This document shows, piece by piece, positions 18,988 through 29,266 of a DNA stretch of 64,000 bases. Both the position numbers and the translations under genes were made by a program. The notes under the pieces were generated by a model. The model was not told where the DNA came from. It ran no database searches and was given only the letters and a program-made list of their open reading frames with translations. Origin of the DNA: a virus (lineage: Duplodnaviria; Caudoviricetes). The DNA is taken from IMG/VR virus record IMGVR_UViG_3300007177_000042; one strand, written 5' to 3'. The stretch's first letter is position 1; each line of letters starts with the position of its first letter.

Positions 18988-19616
18988 TAAATCATCTTTC
19001 TATATTTTTCATTGTGAATACGAATCTGGTTCATCAAACCCTCTACAAATTCCCCATAGGTTTCATAACTATATACAAATTCTCCATAGTTATACATAGT
19101 CGCCTCTAATTTTCGAACCAGACCAATCTGGTAATTTACATCAAACTTGCGTTTGTACTCGGGGTCACAATACACAAGAATCTTTTGCCTGCGACAGCCA
19201 TAATATGGCTCAATGTGAAGATTCCTTTCCAATGCACCACCTAGTTCAAACAACGTAATTGGACACAACGTTTCCTCTGAAAAATAAAACACCAAAATGT
19301 CACACATATTTAGATAATGGTGTTCCCAATCAATCTGAATTTCAGACTCTTTTGGGTTTGCCAGATCGAAATTTTCTCGACGTGGATTATACAGACGCAT
19401 TTTTTCATCTGACACTTGTAGACGAGAAACCAAATCCTTTTGCCAATCTTTGCAGTTGGTAATTCCTCCTCCCAGAAAAACAGTACATGTATGATCCCTA
19501 GGATCATTGTAATTTGGTGCTTCGATATATTCGATGTTCTTTTTCATATAATTGTTCTGTGTATTCAAGAGACTTTTTGGCGTTTTGGTAAACATCATTG
19601 AGTTTTTTCCACTCAA
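18987..19616 (-). CDS. nucleoside 2-deoxyribosyltransferase-like protein (likely start 19547)
   Basis: VFLGGGI, DWQ, NPRR, QIDWE, CPITLFELG. Confidence 0.8.
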   Translation of the reverse strand: MSGKNSMMFTKTPKSLLNTQNNYMKKNIEYIEAPNYNDPRDHTCTVFLGGGITNCKDWQKDLVSRLQVSDEKMRLYNPRRENFDLANPKESEIQIDWEHHYLNMCDILVFYFSEETLCPITLFELGGALERNLHIEPYYGCRRQKILVYCDPEYKRKFDVNYQIGLVRKLEATMYNYGEFVYSYETYGEFVEGLMNQIRIHNEKYRKMI

Positions 19617-19722
19617 TGTATTCTATACATTTTCTTTCTGTATTTTTTACACGTGCATCTTCACTGTCCCTGTACAAATGTGCATTTTGTTTTACAATGT
19701 CTCGGAACGGATCAGCACTCAT
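19504..19722 (-). CDS. hypothetical protein
   Basis: ORF track. Confidence 0.55.
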   Translation of the reverse strand: MSADPFRDIVKQNAHLYRDSEDARVKNTERKCIEYIEWKKLNDVYQNAKKSLEYTEQLYEKEHRIYRSTKLQ

Positions 19723-19725
19723 ATG

Positions 19726-20193
19726 TTAAGGTCCGTGAATGTCTTCACAAAAACGTTTTTGTTTGTTTGACATAAATACAGACGTGTTGGTCAAGGTTTC
19801 ATAGATTTCTCTCCAATCGTATTGTGGATCAAATCCAGCCTTGTCGTCGAGTAGAAAATTGAAATAAAGTTTACGTTCAAAATCACAAATGCCAGTGTTT
19901 GGACACTCGGGATTAACGTTAAAGTAGTGAAACTTCAGGTCAAATCGATTACACACTTCATTGGCTGAATCGGTGTAACTGCTTGTCCACAAGATAGTTG
20001 AATGATCTGGTTGATTAAACAACCAATCCAATGTTTCTTTGGCGTATGGAAAAATTTTGGAACCATCGTTGTGACGATTGTATGTACCAGTGATTACAGT
20101 GTCATGTAGGTCAATACACCAATACAATTTGGTCCAACCTCGGGCCTTTTTTTGCTGTAGTGTATTTTCAATGATGGTTTTCCAAGTTTTCAT
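19726..20193 (-). CDS. HAD-superfamily protein
   Basis: CIDLHDT, LWTSS, LLDDKAGF. Confidence 0.7.
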   Translation of the reverse strand: MKTWKTIIENTLQQKKARGWTKLYWCIDLHDTVITGTYNRHNDGSKIFPYAKETLDWLFNQPDHSTILWTSSYTDSANEVCNRFDLKFHYFNVNPECPNTGICDFERKLYFNFLLDDKAGFDPQYDWREIYETLTNTSVFMSNKQKRFCEDIHGP

Positions 20194-20714
20194 GCGTTTG
20201 CAAGTTTTTTACGAACATCCATTAGTGCTTTGCCAAGCAAATTTTGTCCGGTCCAATTTTTGTCGTCCAAAATAAGCGGGTTGTCGGCTGAAAAACCGAC
20301 TCCCCAGATTTTATCATAAGGTGATGCTTCTACAAGAACTTTTTCACCGGTATCCAAAAGTTTCTTTTTCAAGTCATCGTTTTGTGTGTACTTCAAATAG
20401 TTGACATACACCATGTATCCATATCGGACACACCCCCACAAATCGTCGTTATAGCCTACCACTTCTCTGCCCAAGTTTTTTGCTTCTCTGGGAGTCAGAT
20501 CAGCATTTTCCAATTTTTTCATGGTATCTTCATCACCAAAAAAGTAGGCTTTTCGCCACATGTAGGCTTGTTCGGTCGTATTAAACGAAATACGAATCAG
20601 TGGATCGGTTATTTTACATACCTTGAAATTGCTCAACCAATTTGTCCAGAAATAAATGTGGGTATCAGTGGTCAAGTTTTTTCCTGCGAAATTTTTCGTG
20701 TCTTCAATGTTCAT
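20190..20714 (-). CDS. NADAR (YbiA-like) protein
   Basis: LSNF, TEQAYM..KA, K.LGR, VEASPYDKIWG.G, G.NLLG.ALM.VR. Confidence 0.92.
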   Translation of the reverse strand: MNIEDTKNFAGKNLTTDTHIYFWTNWLSNFKVCKITDPLIRISFNTTEQAYMWRKAYFFGDEDTMKKLENADLTPREAKNLGREVVGYNDDLWGCVRYGYMVYVNYLKYTQNDDLKKKLLDTGEKVLVEASPYDKIWGVGFSADNPLILDDKNWTGQNLLGKALMDVRKKLANA

Positions 20715-20721
20715 ATGATTC

Positions 20722-21132
20722 TTAGCTTTCTACATCTTTCCACACTGTTCTAACAACTTCAACTGGTTTTACTTCATGAAATGAAACCACATAAGGTTCA
20801 CTTGTTTTGAAGTTTCGGTGATACGAAACATAGTCGGCTCTATTATAGACTCCGCCACCGCGATACATTTCAACCATATAGTATTTGCCAGTAGATTCTT
20901 GCAAAAAGATTGATTGAAATGCGTGACAATCATCCAAATCACCCTCAAAATCTACACTATCTTTCCATTTGAGGGTTTTTGTAAACTCGTTCAACTCAGA
21001 ACTATCTTTGATAAATTCAAGCTTCATATAGACACTCCTTTGAATTTCAGATTGGGTTTGCCGTTTTTGTGATAAAACGTATGTTCGCTTCCAGAAGATG
21101 CAAGCAACCCATGGATTCCGTAAGTTGGACAT
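20722..21132 (-). CDS. hypothetical protein
   Basis: ORF track. Confidence 0.55.
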   Translation of the reverse strand: MSNLRNPWVACIFWKRTYVLSQKRQTQSEIQRSVYMKLEFIKDSSELNEFTKTLKWKDSVDFEGDLDDCHAFQSIFLQESTGKYYMVEMYRGGGVYNRADYVSYHRNFKTSEPYVVSFHEVKPVEVVRTVWKDVES

Positions 21133-21587
21133 TGATGTCTGGCTTTTAAGAAATCAATTACATCCGAAGGAATATAACCTTTATTTATGTTGATTTGAAA
21201 TAAATTTGGCAATCCTTCTCCAATTTCTAATTTATGATCAATTTCCGATTGTGTAGATTCAACAGATTTAAGAACAGCATATGCTACACAAACAGAACGA
21301 TTTACACCAGCATGACAATGTAACAAAATAGGACGTTCATCACCACTCGCTAGTTTATGATCAAGAAATTTAGCCGCTCCATAAAATGGACTATACCCCC
21401 ACTGCCCGACTTCATGAATAGGAAACCACAGTGACAAAATACCATGTGTGGCAAAATCAAAAGTCATGCACGGAGTATCCGACACGTTCAACACACCAAA
21501 GTAGTTTTTCTTGACATGCTCTGGATTTTTGCGAATCGGATGTGTGCTAGGATCTGGAGTTACTTCAAAATAGTTTGGATTGATCAT
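21024..21587 (-). CDS. PTP / dual-specificity phosphatase-like protein
   Basis: ILLHCHAGVNRS (HCX5R). Confidence 0.75.
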   Translation of the reverse strand: MINPNYFEVTPDPSTHPIRKNPEHVKKNYFGVLNVSDTPCMTFDFATHGILSLWFPIHEVGQWGYSPFYGAAKFLDHKLASGDERPILLHCHAGVNRSVCVAYAVLKSVESTQSEIDHKLEIGEGLPNLFQININKGYIPSDVIDFLKARHQCPTYGIHGLLASSGSEHTFYHKNGKPNLKFKGVSI

Positions 21588-22381
21588 ATACATCTGTTTT
21601 CTTGGGCCACGTTCCATTTGCAATCATCTGAATACGACGCTCATTTGCAATCTTGATTGCACCTTCTTCGCCCTTGTCAGTTACAATGTAAAAAACATAA
21701 CGACCTGTTTTTGTATATGTGCCATTATTATTGGAACAATCAAGTTCCTCATATCCATCTCTGTCTTTGTACTCGCCAGTAATTTCATCACGATGATAAT
21801 GTGAATTACCATCTTGGTCCATATTAACTTCATATGCCCTGAATCCGATAGGAGCCCTCAGGTCATCTACACTTGTACGCAACTGACGTGTCTCAACTCG
21901 AGCATTATCCCATCGACCTGTCAATTGTTCAGCATATTCAGTCGCTAAATCTTTGTCAGCAAACACTCCACATACGCTATAATCACTGTAACTACCTCGG
22001 GTTACCAGATATACTTCTTTCATTATCGTTTGTTGTATAGTATTTTACGTTGTGTGTATCAAAGTATGTTGTTTCTTCGTTTTCGACCTCATATCCGTCT
22101 TCGGACTGCAAAAACTCGATACACGGAAGTTCTCTTCCTTTGTTGTCAGTATATGCCCAACGAATGTCCTTGTCAATCCACTTCCAATATCTGGCTCCAT
22201 CTTGTGGAGGATCTTCACCGTAACCGTTTTCGTGAGCCTGTGGACTTTTTACAGTATATTCTTCATTGCAACTGCATCCACGGGGGACACAATCGTCACA
22301 ATAATATCCGTAAATGGGTTTGCTCGTGCTGGGCATGTAACTCCATGTAGCCAATTTGCCACATTCACATAGATATTTCAT
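21565..22381 (-). CDS. two hypothetical genes (21565-22023; 21992-22381, Cys-rich)
   Basis: ORF track. Confidence 0.6.
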
Positions 22382-22502
22382 TGTTCCTCCATCCACCACT
22401 CCCATGATACAATTCCCTGTTCTTTTTTGCCAAGTTCTATCATACCGTCAAGGAATTCTTGTAATTCCAATACTGGTTTGATTTCTTCTACCCATTTTAG
22501 AT

Positions 22503-22907
22503 TCATTTTAGTGTGTCCAATACTTCGTTGGTACTGACCATTAATGGCAATAGCTTAGCATCCGTTAACGAATACTTTTTCCAATCGCCATGTTTTGTAG
22601 GCTCCAGATTAACAGGTGTTTCAGATGGTTTCAAGATTAAAAGAAACCATTGTGTAATATCACTTTTGCCACCCGGATGATATGATTTAATACTACGCTT
22701 GAATCTGGTTGTATCTACAATATTGATGCCAGTTTCTTCTAAGATTTCTCGTCGAATTGCAACTACATCATTCGTATCGGTTAGATCAACCATGCCACCC
22801 GGACATGCGTATTTTCCGGTCTGGTAGGGTCCAAGTCGTTGGCTAAGCCAAACATTGTTGTCTCGATCCAACAAAACACAAGCGACTCCAATTTTAAGAG
22901 TGTTCAT
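22503..22907 (-). CDS. Nudix hydrolase (MutT-like)
   Basis: PGGMVD......AIRREILEETG, NLEPTKH..W. Confidence 0.88.
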   Translation of the reverse strand: MNTLKIGVACVLLDRDNNVWLSQRLGPYQTGKYACPGGMVDLTDTNDVVAIRREILEETGINIVDTTRFKRSIKSYHPGGKSDITQWFLLILKPSETPVNLEPTKHGDWKKYSLTDAKLLPLMVSTNEVLDTLK

Positions 22908-22908
22908 A

Positions 22909-23115
22909 TTACTTACTGAAGTACGTCAATAGCCAAACAATCCATGCCACTAAAGTAACAGCAATACCGATTAGAAATGCAATAGCTGTACCCAACCCAG
23001 AAAACCACCCTCGTTGATTTCTTTCTCTAAAAGCAGTAATAGAAATAAGTAATACTGATGCTACTGTGAAAATCACAGGAATAATCACACTGTTTATGTT
23101 AATTGTAAAGGTCAT
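22909..23115 (-). CDS. small two-TM membrane protein
   Basis: two hydrophobic segments. Confidence 0.65.
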   Translation of the reverse strand: MTFTININSVIIPVIFTVASVLLISITAFRERNQRGWFSGLGTAIAFLIGIAVTLVAWIVWLLTYFSK

Positions 23116-23120
23116 AATCT

Positions 23121-23753
23121 TTAATTGTCAAACCAAAACACAATACGAGCATCATATCCAAGTTCCTCAAACCGTTTCATGCTAGCCAAAACAGCTTGAT
23201 ATTCTGGTTCAATGTTCATCGACGGAGGATCAAACATCCAACTATCATTCTTGATATCATTCTCTTTGATATACTTGTTGTGTTCATCGATTCGTTCCTT
23301 ATGCCAACCGGACTCCAATTCAAGATACTTGTTAAAGATAGTCTCAAATTCACCAGTAGTCAACCAACTATGGGTATGTGCATCTGGATCGGTAACCCAG
23401 ATAGGTTTATCTTGGTCGCCACTTTTACCAAAGATAAATTGACTATTACCACGTTCAACCCAACCCTTAGCTCGTTCCATAGTAACGGTTCGTTCACCAG
23501 AAAATTCATTTTCACTGATATAAATCCGGTTATCGTTTCTTGACGTGTATGCTGGATCTTCTGGCATACCGCGTGGAGGTACCATCAGTTGAATTTTGTT
23601 GGTATAATCACGAACACCGGCCATTAACGCAAACAATGCGTAATTACGCCCGGGGTTTATACGACCTCCAAAATCAAGCCAACCGTCTTTAACACCATCG
23701 TGTCCGACCTTCTTACTCCTATATTCAATATACAAATGAATGTCACAGCCCAT
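23121..23753 (-). CDS. conserved phage hypothetical protein (MGCDIH...RNY.LF..MAGVR...VFWFDN)
   Basis: pattern recalled from many phage genomes. Confidence 0.7.
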   Translation of the reverse strand: MGCDIHLYIEYRSKKVGHDGVKDGWLDFGGRINPGRNYALFALMAGVRDYTNKIQLMVPPRGMPEDPAYTSRNDNRIYISENEFSGERTVTMERAKGWVERGNSQFIFGKSGDQDKPIWVTDPDAHTHSWLTTGEFETIFNKYLELESGWHKERIDEHNKYIKENDIKNDSWMFDPPSMNIEPEYQAVLASMKRFEELGYDARIVFWFDN

Positions 23754-23789
23754 AGTTTTATGTTTTACGTTGTTTTTACTCTACGTCTT

Positions 23790-23818
23790 AGTATGTCACG
23801 GTGTTCAGAAAAAGTCAA
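23790..23818 (-). promoter_or_regulatory. promoter TTGACT-17-CATACT
   Basis: read from sequence. Confidence 0.6.
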
Positions 23819-24980
23819 GACTTCCGCTTAAAGGATATTTATCACTGTCGTTAAAATACGTGTAATTCGTATATGTTAAATCTTCTAGGCTAGTTTTGTA
23901 AAAAACCAATAGAATTCCGTTGCTTTCGATGGTTGTATGGTATTTTCTCATTAACGAATCTTCGAATATTGGATTGTCGTGTTTCAACTCTCGGTACCAC
24001 GGATCGCTATATGGATCATCTACTTTATGAAAATCATTGAAATATGTATAATAGTGACCATCATATCGGATATGATTGATTGTTTCTGACGAACCACTTT
24101 CATATTGCCAACGTGGGTCGAGTATCGGATACTTTTCACATATTTCTTTACCATTCATGAAATGATTTTCAAAAATACCTTTCCATTCGCGTGTTTGGCT
24201 TACACATGGAATCTTATTGGCATGAAAAAATTTACGATGTGGTGAATTCGACATATCCATACTTTTCTAGAATTTCTTTTGCAGTTTTGCCGGGATGTCG
24301 TTTAATACTGAACTCATAGACACTCTCTGCTGCCTCCGAAAATTCTTTTGGAATGAATTTTTGAAACTCTTCGTATTCCAATCCTGAATTGTAATAGAAA
24401 TCTAGGAATTTTCCTTGTGTGTCAATTATACCCAAAATGTAATACTCACATCCAAGATATTCATAATCAAAATCTCGCATATATGCCAGTTTATATGCGT
24501 GTGTTGTTGGAGAAAACTCCGATTCGTTTGTATCTGGGTATTCAATCAATGATGGATTTTCTTGCAAAACGTTACACACCAAATTCACACATTCCTCTGG
24601 GGTAAAATGCGTCTTCCAATCACATTCGTCTGCAATTTTCTCTACTTTTTGCATGTACAATTTGTACACCTGTTCTTTGTTGATTTCCATAGTGATTAAT
24701 CCTCAGATACACTTTCTATTGTTGTTCTTGTTTTCCAATAACCGCTCTGGTGTTCTTGTTTGACCAATTGATACCCTTCAATAATAATCTTTAGTTTGTT
24801 ATTATTCCAATACATTTGTGTGTTCGGATGATCAATGCATACTGACTTGTATTGTTTCACCGGTTCATCTATTGGCGTAAATACAAACATATCTGCATGA
24901 CTGTCGGTTTCGAAATCGAAGCAAGTTTTTTCTACAACTTTGTTCGACTCGATATCATAATATGTAACCTTCAGTTTCAT
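23805..24980 (-). CDS. three hypothetical genes (23805-24260, 24232-24690, 24696-24980)
   Basis: ORF track. Confidence 0.55.
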
Positions 24981-25957
24981 ACAAACAATTCACTAACACT
25001 TTCGTTTTTATGAATACTATTGATTGCTTTGGCAAACAAACTGCTAACATCCAACGATACAATATCGCTTGGCTTGTACTTGTTTTTCCACCAGTGATTA
25101 ACACTGTTGCTGTGAATAAATTCGTCGATAGACGGATTTTGTTCCAACAAATTAGGGTGTGGCATTGCTGCTGACAGTCTTTCCATGCCGGTCTCAGTAA
25201 AACAACCATGCGTTACAGCACCAACAACCCTACGGGCACCATTTTTCTTACACGCTGCGCCCGCCTGAATCAAAGTGCCACACGATTCAGTAAGATCATC
25301 GATAAGATATACGTGTTTGTCCTGAACATTACCTGAAATACTCTGCAATTCGACCTGTTCATCACCAATTCGCTTCTTGGAGATAAAACCAAAGTCACAT
25401 TTCAAATAACTAGCATACTTTTCAGCACGCTTTACAGCACCAACGTCAGGCGCCATAATGATAATATCCTTGACATTGACACCATACGACTTGATATGAT
25501 CAATCAATACGGGTTCAAATGTAAGATGATCAAATGGCAAATTGGTGAACCCACCTACCTGTGGACTATGAAGATCCATGGTAACCACACGGTCAATGCC
25601 ACTTGCTTCAAACAGGTCCAACACCAACTTGGCACTGATAGGCACTCTGCTTTTGTCCTTACGGTCCTGTCTGCTGTATCCAAAATATGGAATCACGGCC
25701 GTGATACGATCTGCGCTGGCACGTCTAGCAGCGTCAGCCATAATCAAAAGCTGCATCAGATTTTCATTAGCAGGTTGACTGATAGATTGAATCAAAAACA
25801 CATCGCTGCCGCGAATATTTTCCTTAAACTGACAATACGATTCACCAGAAGGAAACGTGTGATGATAGATCTCACCTAGATTGGTGAGAAGATTACCGGC
25901 AATTTTTTGTGCAAGAGGAATGTTGCTGGTACCACTGAAGATTTTAAGATTGTTCAT
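24977..25957 (-). CDS. prs: ribose-phosphate pyrophosphokinase (PRPS)
   Basis: FPSGE, ENIRGSDV, PYFGYSRQDRK, DLHSPQ, PDVGAVKRA, IDDLTESCGTL. Confidence 0.93.
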   Translation of the reverse strand: MNNLKIFSGTSNIPLAQKIAGNLLTNLGEIYHHTFPSGESYCQFKENIRGSDVFLIQSISQPANENLMQLLIMADAARRASADRITAVIPYFGYSRQDRKDKSRVPISAKLVLDLFEASGIDRVVTMDLHSPQVGGFTNLPFDHLTFEPVLIDHIKSYGVNVKDIIIMAPDVGAVKRAEKYASYLKCDFGFISKKRIGDEQVELQSISGNVQDKHVYLIDDLTESCGTLIQAGAACKKNGARRVVGAVTHGCFTETGMERLSAAMPHPNLLEQNPSIDEFIHSNSVNHWWKNKYKPSDIVSLDVSSLFAKAINSIHKNESVSELFV

Positions 25958-25958
25958 A

Positions 25959-26433
25959 TTATGGAGTAGAATGAATCGACAACTCAAGTTTACAGCTGGA
26001 ATTTCCAAAAATCAACAGAAAAATCACTAGCCAAAAAAGAATGATTCCAAAACTACTGGCAGTAATACATTCGTACATTTCGACAATGCCAAGTTTGACG
26101 GTATCCCACACTTTTTTGACAATGTTCATATGTTTAGTAACGATATCTGCTATCTTCTTTGTTAACAGGAATTGCACCTTCTCCGTTGGTAATCCAATTA
26201 ATGATCTTTGATACAGCAAGTACAATAACCACTACAGGAATGGAAATCCACCACAACAGAAAACTAAAGAAAACTAACGCCCAGAAAAACCCCTTGTCTA
26301 TGGACTTTCCATTCTTGGTCCAATAGTCACTTGATCGAATACGAGCAGTAAGCCATCGTTGCTTGTTGTTGAGTTTGACCAACGTCAAAAAAACTGCAGT
26401 GGGAACAATAAAGTATGAAATAAATCCAATCAT
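25959..26433 (-). CDS. two small membrane proteins (25959-26129, 26134-26433)
   Basis: hydrophobic segments. Confidence 0.55.
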
Positions 26434-26439
26434 AAGTTT

Positions 26440-27027
26440 TTAGTTGTTGTTCAAGTTGTCGTACAAAGCCAAAATCCATTTATTTGCACGTTCAGCATTT
26501 ATCTTTTCTTTTTCAATTTCTTCTGTGTGATATTTGATCTCCCAATCATTACTCTTTTTCAACTCTGCAACATAATCTTCATAAGTCATGTTTGTGTAGG
26601 TATCCAAATCACGCGTAGATCCATCAACTGAACAATCAAATTCAATGCTACTGTTCAACTGACTGATCATGAACTTTTTAAGTCCATCATGATCGGATGT
26701 AGGAGGAGTCCACATCTGTACCTGATTCAGCATAAGTTGATATCGTTCCTTGAGTTGTTTCTTTTCTTGGATGTATTGTTTATATTCCTCGATTTTATCC
26801 TTCTTGTATTTGTTGAACGCAGTCTTGGACGGTTTTGAATTTTTCTTAGCTGCTTCGATTGCATCCAAGTGATATTGAATGGATGGTTCACGAAGTTTGG
26901 GCTTATCCCTCATATCGTCGTCACGTTGATGCATACACGGTCCAAAAGCACGTGCACATGTAAGTACAAAATCTTTGAACGACACGTTTTTGTTTTCATA
27001 AACCAATGCTGTATATCCGGTTGGCAT
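26440..27027 (-). CDS. conserved phage hypothetical protein (MPTGYT...CARAFG)
   Basis: recalled phage family pattern. Confidence 0.7.
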   Translation of the reverse strand: MPTGYTALVYENKNVSFKDFVLTCARAFGPCMHQRDDDMRDKPKLREPSIQYHLDAIEAAKKNSKPSKTAFNKYKKDKIEEYKQYIQEKKQLKERYQLMLNQVQMWTPPTSDHDGLKKFMISQLNSSIEFDCSVDGSTRDLDTYTNMTYEDYVAELKKSNDWEIKYHTEEIEKEKINAERANKWILALYDNLNNN

Positions 27028-27030
27028 AAT

Positions 27031-27432
27031 TTATAGTAGTTTAAGATGTCCCGTAATAGTATCAATTTTGCTGCTGTAATCTGGTCCCAAAGCCAAACAA
27101 GTGTTGGTAGGAACACCATTAAATTCAGTATGTCCTTGGTCGGTAATCAGATTACACTCTACACCCAGTGTACGGGCTTTTTCCAAAATGTCAAGCAATT
27201 CTTGTTCGGTATCAACACCGACACAAACTTTGAAGAAAGATCCTTCGATCCATTGCATTTCTGCTTTGGATAAAGGAATTGGCAATCCAAAATTTTTTCT
27301 GATTCGGTTGCTTAGAAAAGCAATACTAGCATGACAGGCTTGTGCAATCAATTTGCCAGTTCTAACTTTTTTATTTTGACTATTGCGAAGATCGGTACGA
27401 ATTACAATAACTTGTTTTACTTTGTCAGTCAT
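27031..27432 (-). CDS. pth2: peptidyl-tRNA hydrolase Pth2, second copy
   Basis: KQVIVIRTDL, GKLIAQACHAS, KVCVGV, ITDQGHTEF.GVPT.TCLALGP. Confidence 0.92.
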   Translation of the reverse strand: MTDKVKQVIVIRTDLRNSQNKKVRTGKLIAQACHASIAFLSNRIRKNFGLPIPLSKAEMQWIEGSFFKVCVGVDTEQELLDILEKARTLGVECNLITDQGHTEFNGVPTNTCLALGPDYSSKIDTITGHLKLL

Positions 27433-27710
27433 AAAATTCCACCGTAAGTTTCTTCAAGAGGAATGCTTTCGAGCGTTCCCAAGTAACGACCCCAACGATC
27501 TGGCCATTCTGCTTTTGAATATTCCTCGTCGGGAGTTCCAATACATTCGTCGTGAACATTGTAGTATCCACCAAGATAATACACCCTCAACCACGGACTG
27601 TCATGTCCAACGTCAATGACGTTTACGACACGAACGTCTCCGTTGTCGTCGGTCCATTCCCACAATCCTTCTTTGTCTGGTTTCATACTTATTTGATAAT
27701 TTCTAACCAT
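27429..27710 (-). CDS. hypothetical protein
   Basis: ORF track. Confidence 0.55.
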   Translation of the reverse strand: MVRNYQISMKPDKEGLWEWTDDNGDVRVVNVIDVGHDSPWLRVYYLGGYYNVHDECIGTPDEEYSKAEWPDRWGRYLGTLESIPLEETYGGIL

Positions 27711-28171
27711 TTGGTATAGTCCGATTCAGACACACCCAATGTGTCTAACCACTCTGAAAAATACTGAGTCAACTCTGCTGAGTTTTCATGAGTAGCTTTA
27801 TGATAGATTTCAAAATCTTTACGGTTCTGAATCTTATCTGCTGTCAACATTTGATTAACTTGATGCAACGGCGACAGTGGATTCTTTGGCTTTTTCATGC
27901 CACACAACCACGCATTGGCAGTTCTGCGGTATTCCATAGCAAAAATCAACGTCTTGCCGTCAAGATGTTGAACAGTTTCGTAATTTTTTGCTAAAGATTC
28001 ACCGTCTTGTACAATTGGATGAATAACGTATGCTTTTTTGGTGGCATCACAACAATTCAAAAGATCCAAAATCTTCAATCCCTCATTGATATGATTGATC
28101 AGTGGTACCCCCGACCGTTTGGCACAACGAGTACCATAGAATTCTGTGATCAAGTCGTATGCAGTTTTCAT
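27689..28171 (-). CDS. divergent Mesh1/SAH-like HD-fold protein
   Basis: KRSGVPLINH, IHPIVQD, ADKIQN resemble RelA/SpoT hydrolase motifs. Confidence 0.45.
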   Translation of the reverse strand: MKTAYDLITEFYGTRCAKRSGVPLINHINEGLKILDLLNCCDATKKAYVIHPIVQDGESLAKNYETVQHLDGKTLIFAMEYRRTANAWLCGMKKPKNPLSPLHQVNQMLTADKIQNRKDFEIYHKATHENSAELTQYFSEWLDTLGVSESDYTKWLEIIK

Positions 28172-28808
28172 TTTTCACTCTCTCGGATTTCTTTGATGCT
28201 GCTTAGAATACGATGTGCAAATTGTTCAAGTTCAATACTATCTTGAAATTTAACGATGGTATTGTCACCAATGAAAACCAATAAACAGTCTTCATACACG
28301 TCGCCGTCTTTATCATACAAATTGTATGCGTAAGAGTATTTCATGGATGTACTTTCTTTAGACCAGTAGAAGGAGTCATTGTCCACAGTCCCGTAAACTG
28401 CTCAGGACCATCGCAATAACGAGTGTTGATATCAGCATAATCCTTTTCTGGATACTTGCTGGCGTCGTCACAAATACCAATGTGTTCGGAGTGAACACAC
28501 TGAATAATGTAGACCGAATGGGTCTTAATCAATACTTGTTTCAAATTAGGAAAACAAGCCAACATACGATTTGGAATTGCCCGAAGTTCAAGAATGTTTG
28601 CCCATCGTTCAGGGTATTCCATATCGATACACGTAATGTCAGGATCAACCATACACTTGTCAAACATGATTTCCAAAATGGTTTTTCCACGATACATCAA
28701 CATTTCACCAATACCATCACGAAGATTGGGGCGAGTATACACCAAAACCCTGAACTCTATCTGTTCGCCCTTGGAATTCTTGTAGTGATCACTCTTGTAT
28801 GTTCTCAT
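28168..28808 (-). CDS. two hypothetical genes (28168-28386, 28341-28808)
   Basis: ORF track. Confidence 0.55.
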
Positions 28809-28815
28809 TACAGAT

Positions 28816-28844
28816 ACTTTATACTAACTTCCACAAATTGTCAA
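28816..28844 (-). promoter_or_regulatory. promoter TTGACA-17-TAAAGT, 7 nt before ATG 28808
   Basis: read from sequence; -35 contains TGA 28841-28843. Confidence 0.65.
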
Positions 28845-29266
28845 TCTTTTTTAGTTTCTCGCGATTGTTTGACAACAGGATCGTCTTCCAACAATTCTGG
28901 ATTGTCAAAGATATTGCCAATGACAATCAAGTCACAGCCACAGCAATCACAAAAAACATAATTGCTTAGTTCGTTACCGCCCACGTAACTTTGACATATA
29001 CAAAATGATTCACGAAGCCATGTGATTACTCCACGGGTGTATTTTGGTGCGCCAAACAATACGCCAATACCACTATCAATGGTTTTGACTACATCACCTT
29101 CATAGATTTTCTTACCATGTTTGTCAAGAACACCTGTATACCACTGAATGATACGACCTTGTTTGACAATCTGTTGGTTTGGATAAATCATCAACGGCGT
29201 GTCGTCCCAACACCGATACTTCTCGTCATAGACACGACATTCACTGATTGTGTTTCGGTTATTCAT
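28841..29266 (-). CDS. YopX family protein
   Basis: QWYTGVLDKHGKKIYEGDVV, VIGNIFDNPELLE. Confidence 0.88.
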   Translation of the reverse strand: MNNRNTISECRVYDEKYRCWDDTPLMIYPNQQIVKQGRIIQWYTGVLDKHGKKIYEGDVVKTIDSGIGVLFGAPKYTRGVITWLRESFCICQSYVGGNELSNYVFCDCCGCDLIVIGNIFDNPELLEDDPVVKQSRETKKD

